Assembly: GCA_964625065.1 (NCBI GenBank)
Contig: CAZUZL010000004.1
Location: forward strand, 11,040 to 75,039
Direction of reading: 5' to 3'
DNA from: an uncultured Candidatus Saccharibacteria bacterium
Lineage (GTDB): Bacteria; Patescibacteriota; Minisyncoccia; Phycocordibacterales; UBA9973
DNA length: 64,000 nt
In this document: in pieces, positions 28,701 through 38,500 of the stretch
Layout: the number at the start of each line of letters is the position of its first letter
Numbering within the stretch: position 1 is the stretch's first letter
Made by a program: the position numbers and the translations under genes
The notes under the pieces: generated by a model
What the model saw: only the letters and a program-made list of their open reading frames with translations
Database searches by the model: none
Told to the model about the DNA's origin: nothing

Positions 28701-31529
28701 CTATACTGCTGCAATGTTTATAAGTCTGCCAGGGACGTATATTATTTTCTTTATTTCTTTACCTTCTAGCCACTGTAAAACTTTTTCGTTTTTCATTGCA
28801 ATAGACTCTACATCTGACTGTATTGCGTCAGTTGGTATTGTTATTTCAGCGCGAACTTTGCCGTTAACTTGCACACCGATGGTTACAGTGCTTGAAGTTA
28901 TTTTCTTAGGGTTGTATTTAGGCCATGGGCTTTGATGAATACTGTTTTTTGAAGACTCAAAAACCGCCCATAATTCGTCTGTAACATGCGGTGCAAATGG
29001 GGCCAGTAACTGTAAGAATGTTTTAAACATATCTACAGGCACAGTGGGTGCATTTTCAAATTCATTTAGACATATCATTAAACTAGATATTGCAGTATTG
29101 AATGCAAAGTTTTCTATATCTTCGGTAACTTTCTTAATGGTTTTATGTAAAGTTATGACAGTAGTTTCAGAAATAGCGGAAGCGGAGAACGATTTTGAAT
29201 GGTCTGGCTGAGCGATTTTTGCCGAAGGTGAAAAATGTCGCGAAGAGATCCCCGCCCGACCGAGTCCTTCGGGCAGGCGAGGACCTGAAAAATCGTTCTC
29301 CGGTGAAGCTATTATTTTTTGACCTAATCTCCAAACACGTTCAATAAACCGGCGTGAACCTATTATACTTTCAGTGTTCCATGGCTGGCTTGCAGTAAAC
29401 GGCCCCATAAACATTTCATATACACGTAATGTGTCTGCACCAAATGTTTTTATTATATCGTCTGGGTTTACTACATTACCCCAACGTTTAGACATTTTAC
29501 GGCCATCGGCAGCTAATATTAGACCCTGGTTGTACATTTTTTTAAACGGTTCTTCGGTATTTACTGAACCGATATCTTTCAAAAACTTATGCCAGAAACG
29601 TGAATACAACAAATGCCCGGTAACGTGTTCTGCACCGCCTACATACACGTCTACATTTTTCCAATATGCTATTTCTTTGTCACCTACTAACGACTTTGCA
29701 TTTTTCGGGTCCATATAACGTAGGAAATACCAAGAAGATCCCGCCCAACCCGGCATAGTGTTTGTTTCATAACCTTTATCTGTCCAAGACTTAACACCTG
29801 CCAACGGCCCCTCAGCCTTACCTGTAGGTTCGTACGACTTTACGTTTGGTAGTTCTAGTGGAAGTTTTTTAACTTCGTGTATTATTCCACCTTTGTCGCG
29901 GTATAGTGGAATAGGTTCGCCCCAGTAACGCTGACGTGCAAATATTGCATCACGCATTTTGTAGTTTGTTATAGTTCTGCCACCTACTGATTTTGTAATT
30001 TCTATTTTAGCTTTTTCTGAAGGCATTCCTGTAAATGAACCAGAATTTATTGCGTAACCCAAACCTGTATAACATTCGTACTGTAAATTTACTTCTACAT
30101 CTGACCAACTTCTTGAACCCATTGGTACAGGCTTAAGAGTTTTTTCGTCATTAAGGTTTACTGCAATAACTTTTTTAATATCTAATTTATATTTCTTTGC
30201 AAATTCAAAGTCGCGTTCGTCGTGCGCCGGTACAGACATAACAGCACCAGTACCATAACCAGCTAAAACATAGTCGGCCACCCATACAGGAACAGCTTCG
30301 CCGTTGGCTGGGTTTATAGCTTTTATACCTTTTAGTTCTACACCAGATTTTTCGTTGTTTTCTGTGCGTTCTTCATTTGTTTTGTTTTTAACTTGGCGTA
30401 TGTATGTTTCTACAACACTATAGTTTTGTATTTGTGTTTTGTTTTTTTCTATAAAGTCATGTTCTGGCGCTAATACAACAGCTGATACACCAAACAAAGT
30501 GTCTGCCCGTGTTGTAAACACAGTTATTTTGTCTGTACTGCCTTCAACTAAAAAGTCTATTTCTGCGCCTTCGCTTTTACCTATCCAGTTGTTTTGTATT
30601 GTTTTAATATGTTCGGGGAAATCGATGGTTTCTAGTCCACTGATCAAACGTTCAGCATATGCAGTTATGCGCATAGACCATTGGCGTATTGTCATTTTTT
30701 CTACTGGGTATTCACCACGTTCAGAAACTTGTTTACCATCTTTGTCCACGATCTCATCATTTGCCAGCACGGTACCTAATTCCTGACACCAGTTTACTTC
30801 ACTGTCAGCTTCATAAGCCAGACGGTAGTGCATTAGTATTTCTTGTTTTTTTAATTCAGTAAAACCTTTCCACTGAATAGCAGAAAATGCAAAACGGTAT
30901 GTAGTATATGCATTACCATTTTTTACATAATCTTTATTACCCTTTGTTTCAAATATTTTTACTAATTGGTCTATAGACTGGGCTTTGTTTTTCTTTACAT
31001 CGTAGTACGAATTATAAAGTTGTAAGAATATCCATTGTGTCCATTTGTAGTATTCTGGGTCTGTAGTATTTATTCTACGTGTCCAGTCATAAGACAAACC
31101 TATTGCTGAAAGTTGTTTTTCAAAAGTTTTTACATTTATTTCCACTGCGCGTTTAGGGTGCACCTTATGTGCTATAGCGTACTGTTCCGCAGGTAAACCG
31201 AATGCATCGTAACCCATCGGGTGCAAAACATTGTAACCCTGCATGCGTTTATATTGTGCTAATACGTCAGACCCAATGTAGCCACGTGGGTGACCAACGT
31301 GCAAACCAGCCCCAGACGGGTATGGAAACATATCCAAAATATAGAAAGGCTTTTTTCCGCCAGCTGGCGGATTTTTCTTGGCGTCACTTGCCGACAGGGT
31401 TTTGTAAGTTTGATTTTTGTCCCACAGTTTTTGCCACTTTTTTTCAATAGCAAGGTGGTTGTAGTCCTTAATTTTTGCTGGTTTTTTAGCACCAGTGGAC
31501 GTGGTTTTTTTAGCCATATTTGTTTTCAT
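28701..31529 (-). CDS. leuS: Leucine--tRNA ligase
   Basis: MFPYPSGAGLHVGH, NNWIGKSEG, RQRYWGEP, KMSKR, VQVNGKVR; start 31529 or 31517. Confidence 0.97.
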   Translation of the reverse strand: MKTNMAKKTTSTGAKKPAKIKDYNHLAIEKKWQKLWDKNQTYKTLSASDAKKNPPAGGKKPFYILDMFPYPSGAGLHVGHPRGYIGSDVLAQYKRMQGYNVLHPMGYDAFGLPAEQYAIAHKVHPKRAVEINVKTFEKQLSAIGLSYDWTRRINTTDPEYYKWTQWIFLQLYNSYYDVKKNKAQSIDQLVKIFETKGNKDYVKNGNAYTTYRFAFSAIQWKGFTELKKQEILMHYRLAYEADSEVNWCQELGTVLANDEIVDKDGKQVSERGEYPVEKMTIRQWSMRITAYAERLISGLETIDFPEHIKTIQNNWIGKSEGAEIDFLVEGSTDKITVFTTRADTLFGVSAVVLAPEHDFIEKNKTQIQNYSVVETYIRQVKNKTNEERTENNEKSGVELKGIKAINPANGEAVPVWVADYVLAGYGTGAVMSVPAHDERDFEFAKKYKLDIKKVIAVNLNDEKTLKPVPMGSRSWSDVEVNLQYECYTGLGYAINSGSFTGMPSEKAKIEITKSVGGRTITNYKMRDAIFARQRYWGEPIPLYRDKGGIIHEVKKLPLELPNVKSYEPTGKAEGPLAGVKSWTDKGYETNTMPGWAGSSWYFLRYMDPKNAKSLVGDKEIAYWKNVDVYVGGAEHVTGHLLYSRFWHKFLKDIGSVNTEEPFKKMYNQGLILAADGRKMSKRWGNVVNPDDIIKTFGADTLRVYEMFMGPFTASQPWNTESIIGSRRFIERVWRLGQKIIASPENDFSGPRLPEGLGRAGISSRHFSPSAKIAQPDHSKSFSASAISETTVITLHKTIKKVTEDIENFAFNTAISSLMICLNEFENAPTVPVDMFKTFLQLLAPFAPHVTDELWAVFESSKNSIHQSPWPKYNPKKITSSTVTIGVQVNGKVRAEITIPTDAIQSDVESIAMKNEKVLQWLEGKEIKKIIYVPGRLINIAAV
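29172..29313. repeat. Palindromic element inserted in-frame in leuS
   Basis: Inverted ends ggagaacgatttt/aaaatcgttctcc, inner cccgcccga..tcgggcaggcg hairpin; GC-rich relative to the gene. Confidence 0.75.
31356..31371. repeat. 16-bp palindrome TCCGCCAGCTGGCGGA in-frame in the leuS N-terminus (NPPAGG)
   Basis: Perfect palindrome, GC-rich in an AT-rich context. Confidence 0.65.
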
Positions 31530-31541
31530 GAATATATGCAG

Positions 31542-31589
31542 TATACCCCCACACCTAGTTTTTTGCAAAAAACTAGGTGTGGGGGTATA
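31542..31589. mobile_element. 48-bp perfect palindrome flanked by TATA in the leuS promoter
   Basis: tatacccccacacctagttttttgcaaaaaactaggtgtgggggtata. Confidence 0.65.
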
Positions 31590-31652
31590 GCAAAAAGCGA
31601 ATAAAAATACGAGTTGCAAAAAACAACTGTAAAAACACTATTTATTAACTAA

Positions 31653-32222
31653 TTATTTCGAAAACTTTTTAACAACTAGCCATATTAATAGGCCTAATGC
31701 TAATGCTAGTATTACTACCTTAGCCAAGTTGTCTGCCACAGACCAGTAACGTACAGACGCAATTATTAACGACAGCACCCCGCCCCATGTAAACGCCACA
31801 GCTAGTAGACTGATGCCAATAAACACCCCTAATACAAGCGAAATTATACCTAATGTTAATAACGTTACAAAAACCTTTTTCTCGTAACTTTTTAGGGCTT
31901 TTTGGTAGTTTATGTCGTTTGTATAATTTTCATTACAAAAACCTTCTACTTTAGGTTGTGTTTCCTTAACTGGTTGTACTGTGCCTGGATATGAAGATTC
32001 GTTCCATTGGCCACCAACTGCTATACAACCGTCTTTGGTTGTAGGCGGTGCTATTACTTGTGTGTTTTTGTAGTAGTCGTTGTATACAGGTTCTTTAAAA
32101 ACTAATGATACTGAATAATTAAAAAACATGTTCATTACAATAACTATTGCAACAACAATAGATGCGCGAACAAGTTTAGTAGAAAGTGTACTTGTTATTT
32201 GATTTATTTGATGTGGTTCCAT
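31653..32222 (-). CDS. Hypothetical membrane protein with Cys-containing extracellular loop
   Basis: 4 TM segments, CIAVGGQW..GFC; leaderless TGgTATAAT-6-ATG. Confidence 0.8.
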   Translation of the reverse strand: MEPHQINQITSTLSTKLVRASIVVAIVIVMNMFFNYSVSLVFKEPVYNDYYKNTQVIAPPTTKDGCIAVGGQWNESSYPGTVQPVKETQPKVEGFCNENYTNDINYQKALKSYEKKVFVTLLTLGIISLVLGVFIGISLLAVAFTWGGVLSLIIASVRYWSVADNLAKVVILALALGLLIWLVVKKFSK

Positions 32223-32251
32223 CTTTCTATTATACCACAAATTCTGACCTG

Positions 32252-32319
32252 CCCCGTAGTAAATTTCTGAAAAGGGATACTACCCACTAAACGCACCTAG
32301 TAAAAATTTCACTACGGGG
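32252..32319. repeat. CCCCGTAG...CTACGGGG palindromic element abutting TATAAT
   Basis: ccccgtagtaaattt...aaaatttcactacgggg then TATAAT; related copies at 42618-42654 and 54677-54686. Confidence 0.7.
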
Positions 32320-32331
32320 TATAATAAACAA

Positions 32332-32970
32332 ATGATACAAGACCAACAAAACCGCGTGCGTAGCGTAGAACGTATTGCTATACGCGCAACTACATGGATA
32401 GGTTCGCCCGCGTCGTTAGTTGTACATACTATTTTGTTTGTACTTGCTTTTTTACTTATACTTGTCGGCTTTCCTGTAGACAAAGTTTTACTTGTTTTAA
32501 CTACCATTGTTTCACTCGAAGCTATTTACCTTTCTATATTTATACAAATGTCTGTTAACAGATCTAACCGCAGACTGGTAGCTGTGCGTAAAGACTTGGA
32601 AGAAATCCAGGAAGACGTCGAAGACATTCAGGAAGATGTGGAGGAAATTCAGGAAGGCGTCGAATCTATCGAAAAAGACGTGGATGAAATTCAAAAAGAT
32701 GTGGAAGAAATTCAGGAAGATGTGGAGGGTATTGAGAAGGATGTTGATGAAATTCAGGGCGACATTGAAGGGTTAGAAGAAGATGTAGAGGATATTTCTG
32801 AAGATACAATAGCCACAGCCGTAGCTGAACGTGCCCGCGACCAAGACATGTTAGTACGTGTAGAATCTGCGTTAACAATTCTGATGCAGGAACTACAAGA
32901 CCTAAAAGCAAAACAAATACCGCAGAAACCAGCTACAAAAAAACCAGTTGCAAAAGTGACAAAGAAATAG
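32332..32970 (+). CDS. DUF1003-like membrane protein with acidic heptad-repeat coiled coil
   Basis: WIGS..LTTIVSLEAIYLSIFIQMSVNR followed by ~10 DVEEIQE-like heptads. Confidence 0.8.
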   Translation: MIQDQQNRVRSVERIAIRATTWIGSPASLVVHTILFVLAFLLILVGFPVDKVLLVLTTIVSLEAIYLSIFIQMSVNRSNRRLVAVRKDLEEIQEDVEDIQEDVEEIQEGVESIEKDVDEIQKDVEEIQEDVEGIEKDVDEIQGDIEGLEEDVEDISEDTIATAVAERARDQDMLVRVESALTILMQELQDLKAKQIPQKPATKKPVAKVTKK

Positions 32971-33011
32971 AAAGTAGTATAGTGTATATAACCTAACAAT
33001 CTTTCAACGCC

Positions 33012-33116
33012 ATGGGAACATTAATAGCCACAGGCATTATCATTGTATTGTCTTTATGCCTCTACCCGATTGCCTTTCGTTTTCTATCTAAGAAAAATGA
33101 AAAGGAAGAAATATAA
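33012..33116 (+). CDS. 34-aa small membrane protein (not in ORF track)
   Basis: MGTLIATGIIIVLSLCLYPIAFRFLSKKNEKEEI followed by a terminator. Confidence 0.5.
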   Translation: MGTLIATGIIIVLSLCLYPIAFRFLSKKNEKEEI

Positions 33117-33234
33117 ATCTTCGCAATAAAAAAACACACATAAAAAGCCGTAACAATGTTCCGGCTTTTTTTTATTTGACAATTTATATTTTATGATTAG
33201 TATTATAAAAAAGCACACTTAAACCCGAAACGCA

Positions 33235-33678
33235 ATGGAACAGAGCACAAAAATCTTCTCTATGGTGCACAGAATTGTACCATTTAAAACAAAAACATAT
33301 GAAATAACTTCTGCAGATCAAGTTGATCTAGGTGCAGAATTCGTCTGGCAAAAAGAATGTATTAAAGGTAAAACCAAACGTAATTACACATATCGTGCAT
33401 TTACTTGGAACAACCCACATCTGACTGAAATAGTAAGTAAAGGCAAAAACTTGCTTGAAAAAATTTCTAATGCCCACACCGTGGATAACATGCCTACTCA
33501 GGTTGTTGTTGTAGAATGTATAAAAACTACTACATACAAAAGTGCAGAGGAAGTTTCTACCAGTAAAAATGCATTACAGAAAGAGTGCCAAAAAATAACA
33601 CTGTATGCACTTACAATGAATCAAATAGAAGTAATTGTAACTAAAATCAGCACTAAAACAAAAACTAAGGGTAAATAA
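33235..33678 (+). CDS. Hypothetical protein
   Basis: 147-aa ORF with TTGACA promoter at 33176. Confidence 0.65.
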   Translation: MEQSTKIFSMVHRIVPFKTKTYEITSADQVDLGAEFVWQKECIKGKTKRNYTYRAFTWNNPHLTEIVSKGKNLLEKISNAHTVDNMPTQVVVVECIKTTTYKSAEEVSTSKNALQKECQKITLYALTMNQIEVIVTKISTKTKTKGK

Positions 33679-33781
33679 AAGACCCTTAGATCAGTTACGG
33701 GAGCCGGAACATTTCCGGCTTTTTTTATTTGACACAACAATATTATTATGTTATTTTTAATTCAATTAATATTCTTTAGTC

Positions 33782-34285
33782 ATGAAAATTAGAAAAGGTA
33801 AAAAAGGAACTAGAATTGTTTTTCTTTTAAGTATTTTTGCTTTTAAGGTAGTCAGGCCCAGAATCATTGGTTTCATCATAAGGATGTTGCTATTGCCTTT
33901 TGTTTCAGAAAAAAACAGGAATATGTTTTATAATACATATGGAAGAAACTTTTTCCGAGCGTTTGTAAAATATTCACTATTTGGTTTGTACGCAAACCTG
34001 CACGAGTATCATTATTCAAAAAAATACAATGACCCATATATAATGCCCGTCATAAAAAAGTATTTATTCGGATGGATATTAGTTCAAAAAAGAGGTATTG
34101 AAGATGTCAAAAAGGATTTTATATGCCCTTTTTCAAAATTCAAAATTACTTTATCTCCAGAAACAATAGGTTGTTGTCAATATTCAAAACTAAACGGGAA
34201 AATTTTTTTAATTGATTACGGCGACATTTCTACTATTAAGGACCTCCTGAAAACAAAACATCTACGTTCTGTTTCAAAAATCTAA
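33782..34285 (+). CDS. Hypothetical protein, possibly a minimal kinase-like fold
   Basis: GTRIVF..AFKV..ANLHE..LVQKR..GKIFLIDYG. Confidence 0.55.
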   Translation: MKIRKGKKGTRIVFLLSIFAFKVVRPRIIGFIIRMLLLPFVSEKNRNMFYNTYGRNFFRAFVKYSLFGLYANLHEYHYSKKYNDPYIMPVIKKYLFGWILVQKRGIEDVKKDFICPFSKFKITLSPETIGCCQYSKLNGKIFLIDYGDISTIKDLLKTKHLRSVSKI

Positions 34286-34410
34286 AAAACAAGGTCTTGC
34301 CTTGTTTTTTTAATTTGTGTAAATTAGATTTTAAACTCCACTGCGTCGAAAATCAGTTTATGGCTGATTTTCGACATCTCCGAATTCAAAATATAAAATC
34401 AAAATTGATT

Positions 34411-35520
34411 CTATATTTTGAATTCTACGACATCTCCATCTTTCATAATGTATTCCTTTCCTTCTGTACGTACTTTACCTTTTGCGCGGGCTTCGGTGTA
34501 CGAACCAGCTTCTAATAGGTCAGACCAAAAAACAACTTCAGCACGGATAAATTTATCTTTAAAATCTGTATGTATAGCCATACCTGCCACCGGTGCAGTA
34601 GAACCGTGTTGTATAGTCCAGGCGCGAGTTTCTTCTACACCTGTTGTAAAATATGTGTCCAGACCAAGTAGTTTATAGCAACCAGAAATAAGGTCGTTAA
34701 CACCATCGTGTTCACCACCTAGTTCTTTGCGGAACATGTTTTTTTCTTCACCTTCAAAGTCCTTCAGTTCGTCTTCTATTTTTGCATCGATTATTATATA
34801 GTGCGAACCATTTTTAATTATTTCATTTGTTAGTTCAGCAAAAAGTTCTGGACTTGATTCGTCAAAGTTTTTAGCACCAGCACGTTTGTTTAGGCCGTAT
34901 ATCATTGGCTTACTAGTTAACAGGTTTAGTTGTTTTACTTTTTTCAATTCTTCTTCAGAATATTGTAAACTGTTTGCCAACTTGCCTTCTTCTAAAACTT
35001 TTTCTACACGTTTCAATAGTTCTTCTTCAAACAGGGCGTCTTTGTCGCCTTTTTTAGTGTCTTTTTGTAAATTCGAAATACGCTTTGTAACGGTTTCAAA
35101 GTCAGCTAATACAAGTTCCAGATTTATAACACCAATGTCGCGTAGCGGGTCTACAGTGCCGTATACGTGGGTTACATCTTTGTCGCCACCTGTTAGTGGA
35201 AACATGCGTACCATATGCAGGATTGCGTCGGTTTCGCGTATGTTGGCTAGGAATTTGTTACCCAAACCTTCACCCTTACTGGCACCAGCAACTAGGCCGG
35301 CAATGTCCACAAACTCTACCACAGCAGGTATAGTACGGTTGGTTTTAGAAAATTCCGCTAGTTTATACAAACGGTCGTCTGGCACAGGCACAATACCCAC
35401 TGACGGGTCGATGGTGCAGAACGGGTAGTTTTCAGCTGGCACACCCTTTTTAGTTAAGGCGTTAAACAACGTGGACTTGCCCACATTTGGTAACCCTACA
35501 ATTCCGATAGATAAACTCAT
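34411..35520 (-). CDS. ychF: Ribosome-binding ATPase YchF
   Basis: GIVGLPNVGKSTLFNALT, NYPFCTIDP, DIAGLV, EGKEYIMKDGDVVEF. Confidence 0.97.
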   Translation of the reverse strand: MSLSIGIVGLPNVGKSTLFNALTKKGVPAENYPFCTIDPSVGIVPVPDDRLYKLAEFSKTNRTIPAVVEFVDIAGLVAGASKGEGLGNKFLANIRETDAILHMVRMFPLTGGDKDVTHVYGTVDPLRDIGVINLELVLADFETVTKRISNLQKDTKKGDKDALFEEELLKRVEKVLEEGKLANSLQYSEEELKKVKQLNLLTSKPMIYGLNKRAGAKNFDESSPELFAELTNEIIKNGSHYIIIDAKIEDELKDFEGEEKNMFRKELGGEHDGVNDLISGCYKLLGLDTYFTTGVEETRAWTIQHGSTAPVAGMAIHTDFKDKFIRAEVVFWSDLLEAGSYTEARAKGKVRTEGKEYIMKDGDVVEFKI

Positions 35521-35576
35521 GGCAAGAGTATAGCAGAAAAATACCTATTTTTCAAAATAGGTATTTTTCTGCGTAT

Positions 35577-38500
35577 TTAGGCTTCTACTCCACAAGAATT
35601 ATTTATCAACCCTCTAGTAAGTGGGCCAACCAAACCGTCTTGTTTCGTACCCAGGAATTTCTGCATTCTTTTGATGGCACCATTGGTTATTGGTCCAAGT
35701 ATTCCGTCTTCTTTACCTGATGCAAAGCCTAGTCTGTTCATGTGTGCTTGAAGTATTTTAACTTCACTTACAATAGTTTTTGCAAATGAATTGTATTTAC
35801 CATTTCTAGCACCAGCCTTAAGGTTTTGAGTTAGTAGCTGTGTAGCTGAACACTGACCCTTAACGCCTAGTGTATTGTTTGTATTTGTGTTTGTATTATT
35901 TACCACCGCGTATCTACACATTGAAGGCGAACTGATACCGAAAGGTTGGTAGTTTGTGGCTTTTATGTCTTTACAACCAAAAGGCACAGAACTAGAAGTT
36001 GTGGTAGTTGTGGTAGTTGTGGTAGTTGTGGTAGTTGTGGTAGGGGCTTCTGAAACTGATAGAACTATATAGTCGGTATTTAACGAATGGTGTAATTGCC
36101 CTGGAACTATATCAGTACGTAAACCTGTAAAATTAATTGCACGGGTGTTGTATGTAGATTGGTACAGATTATGTTCTGCGTCTGTTGGGTAACTTTCAAC
36201 ATCAGTATGGTATGGGTACTGTGTCATAGCACTAAATGGTAGCGGACCTATTTCGTCACCGAGTGCGTATATGTATGCCTTGTGGTAGTCATTTGTGTAG
36301 TAGATGAAGTCGCGTTCAGTTCCTGGTGCTTGTGCCGGTACTGCGTATTTAAATGCAAGTTCGTCACCTTGAGTCATTATTACAAACTTATCATCATTTG
36401 ATTGAAGTAGTTCTGTAACATCTCCATATTTTGTAGCATTACCTGTTGTTTTATTTGAAATAAATGCATCTGTAACATCACCATATACTGGTTCGGTTAG
36501 AATCATATTTGGATCGTTTGGGTTTGTACGAACCTTACTAGATATTCCACGGAAATGTAAATCTGCATAGTATGGGTTCTCAGATGTAACAGTAATAGCA
36601 GAATCTGGGTTTGTATCTACAGCAAGGTAATCTATATCCCACATACGTTTTGTATTTGTCATTATTAGACGAATAGTATTGTCCTTAATTGTTAAGCCTG
36701 AAAGATCGATAACTTTTGTTTCAACGCCATAAGAATTAAATCTTAAGCGTGACGGGTATGGGGCACCTTCTCTTTGAGTTACAAACACATTGTATTCACT
36801 TGGTACGTCCACAAATTCGCCTGCTTCATTTTTGTATTGAAGTGTATCTGATCCAGATCCACCGGAGAAAGGACCTTCCTTACCTCTTTCGATTAATAGT
36901 TTGAGGTTGGCTGGTGTAGTTATGCCATTACTTAGTTTTATATCAATATACGCTGGAGTTACATTTAGTTTCGAATGGTAATACACCCCATCGTTTTGTG
37001 ATAGTAAACTTGTAACATCCTGCCCATCTTGGTCTATTACTGATACAGGTGCTGGGGCATTTTTCGCTACTGTATGTATCTGTCCGTTTTCACGGTAGTC
37101 TGGGAATACATTTACTGATGCATCGTGGTCGATGATTTTCAGTGAAGTTGAATCAAAGTAGTTTATTTCATTTAATTCAGTTGTGTTTTTAATATCGTAA
37201 AAAGTTTCATTACCTACTGTTCTAGGTACAAGGTTGCCTGACTGAATTTTGGCGTAGCCTTCTGGGTTCGGGTAGTTGTTGTTTGTATTTGGGTCTTTGT
37301 AGAATGGATTCGCTGCCCATGTAGCCCTATCTAGACCGATAGAAAGTGTAGATGAACTTGATGCATCTGTTACGAACACATATTTCTCTCCGTCCCAGAC
37401 GAATATATATGGGCAAGACGATGCATATGGGCCACCGACTTCACTTGTGGCTACATTTGAAGATGCGTCAGTAGAACGAACAATGTAATAAAGTGTGGGT
37501 GTGCCATAAGTAACTGATATAGAATGCGAAGTAACCATTGCATCATCATGAACATAAAAAACTAAATTATTATTGTATTCATGCAATGTCGTATATGTGT
37601 TTGTGTCGAAGTTATATTCAAAGACGGAACCAGCACCACTTACACCACCCTGATTCGCTGTTCCATAAAAATTACCGTTTCTTTCAATCAAAGACCCTCT
37701 TGGATTCGATCCGATAGAATAATCAAAATCATATTGATCTGTAATAGCGTTTGTAACTGGGTCCCAAGCAAATAAAATTCCAGCACCGTTTACCCCACCA
37801 AATATTGAAGTACCATAAAGAATACCACTTATATTAATAAGTGAACCTGAGGGGGCTTCGCCGTCTGTACTATTAAAGTCATAATGCTTTGTTATAGTGT
37901 TGGTAACTGGGTCCCAAGCAAATAATACCCCAAAACCATTGGCCCCACCGTTTAATGTGGTACCGTATAGAACTCCGCTTATATTAATTAAAGAACCTTG
38001 TGGGTATGCACCGTTTGAACCATCAAAATCAAACTGTTTTGTAATTGTATTTGTAACTGGGTCCCAAGCAAATAATGTACCCATGCCACTAACCCCTCCA
38101 TATGTTGTAGTGCCATAAAGAATTCCACCAATATTCAGTAAAGAACCCTGTGGACCTGAACCGTCTGTGGTATTAAAATCATATTGTTTTGTTATAGTGT
38201 TTGTAACTGGGTCCCAAGCAAATAATGTTCCAGCATTATTTGCACCACCACTACCTGTGGTACCGTAAAAAATTCCACTAACATTAATTAATGAACCGTA
38301 CGGGTGTACACCGTCTGTTGTGTTAAAGTTATACTGTTTTGTAATTGTATTTGTAACTGGGTCCCAAGCAAACAAAGTACCTACACTATTTGTCCCACCG
38401 CTATACGTTGTTCCGTAGAATATCCCACTTACATTTACTAATGACCCTTTTGGGTTTGCCCCATTAGTACTATTAAAACTAAATCTATTTGTATATATAG

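Noticed and set aside
31530-31619. N-terminal extension of LeuS in the ORF track
   Set aside because: Translates the promoter palindrome; the real start is downstream of TATACT
37753-38372. Regularly spaced identical 20-bp repeats suggesting CRISPR
   Set aside because: 150-bp in-frame period inside a CDS, intervening sequences are homologous, and no cas genes
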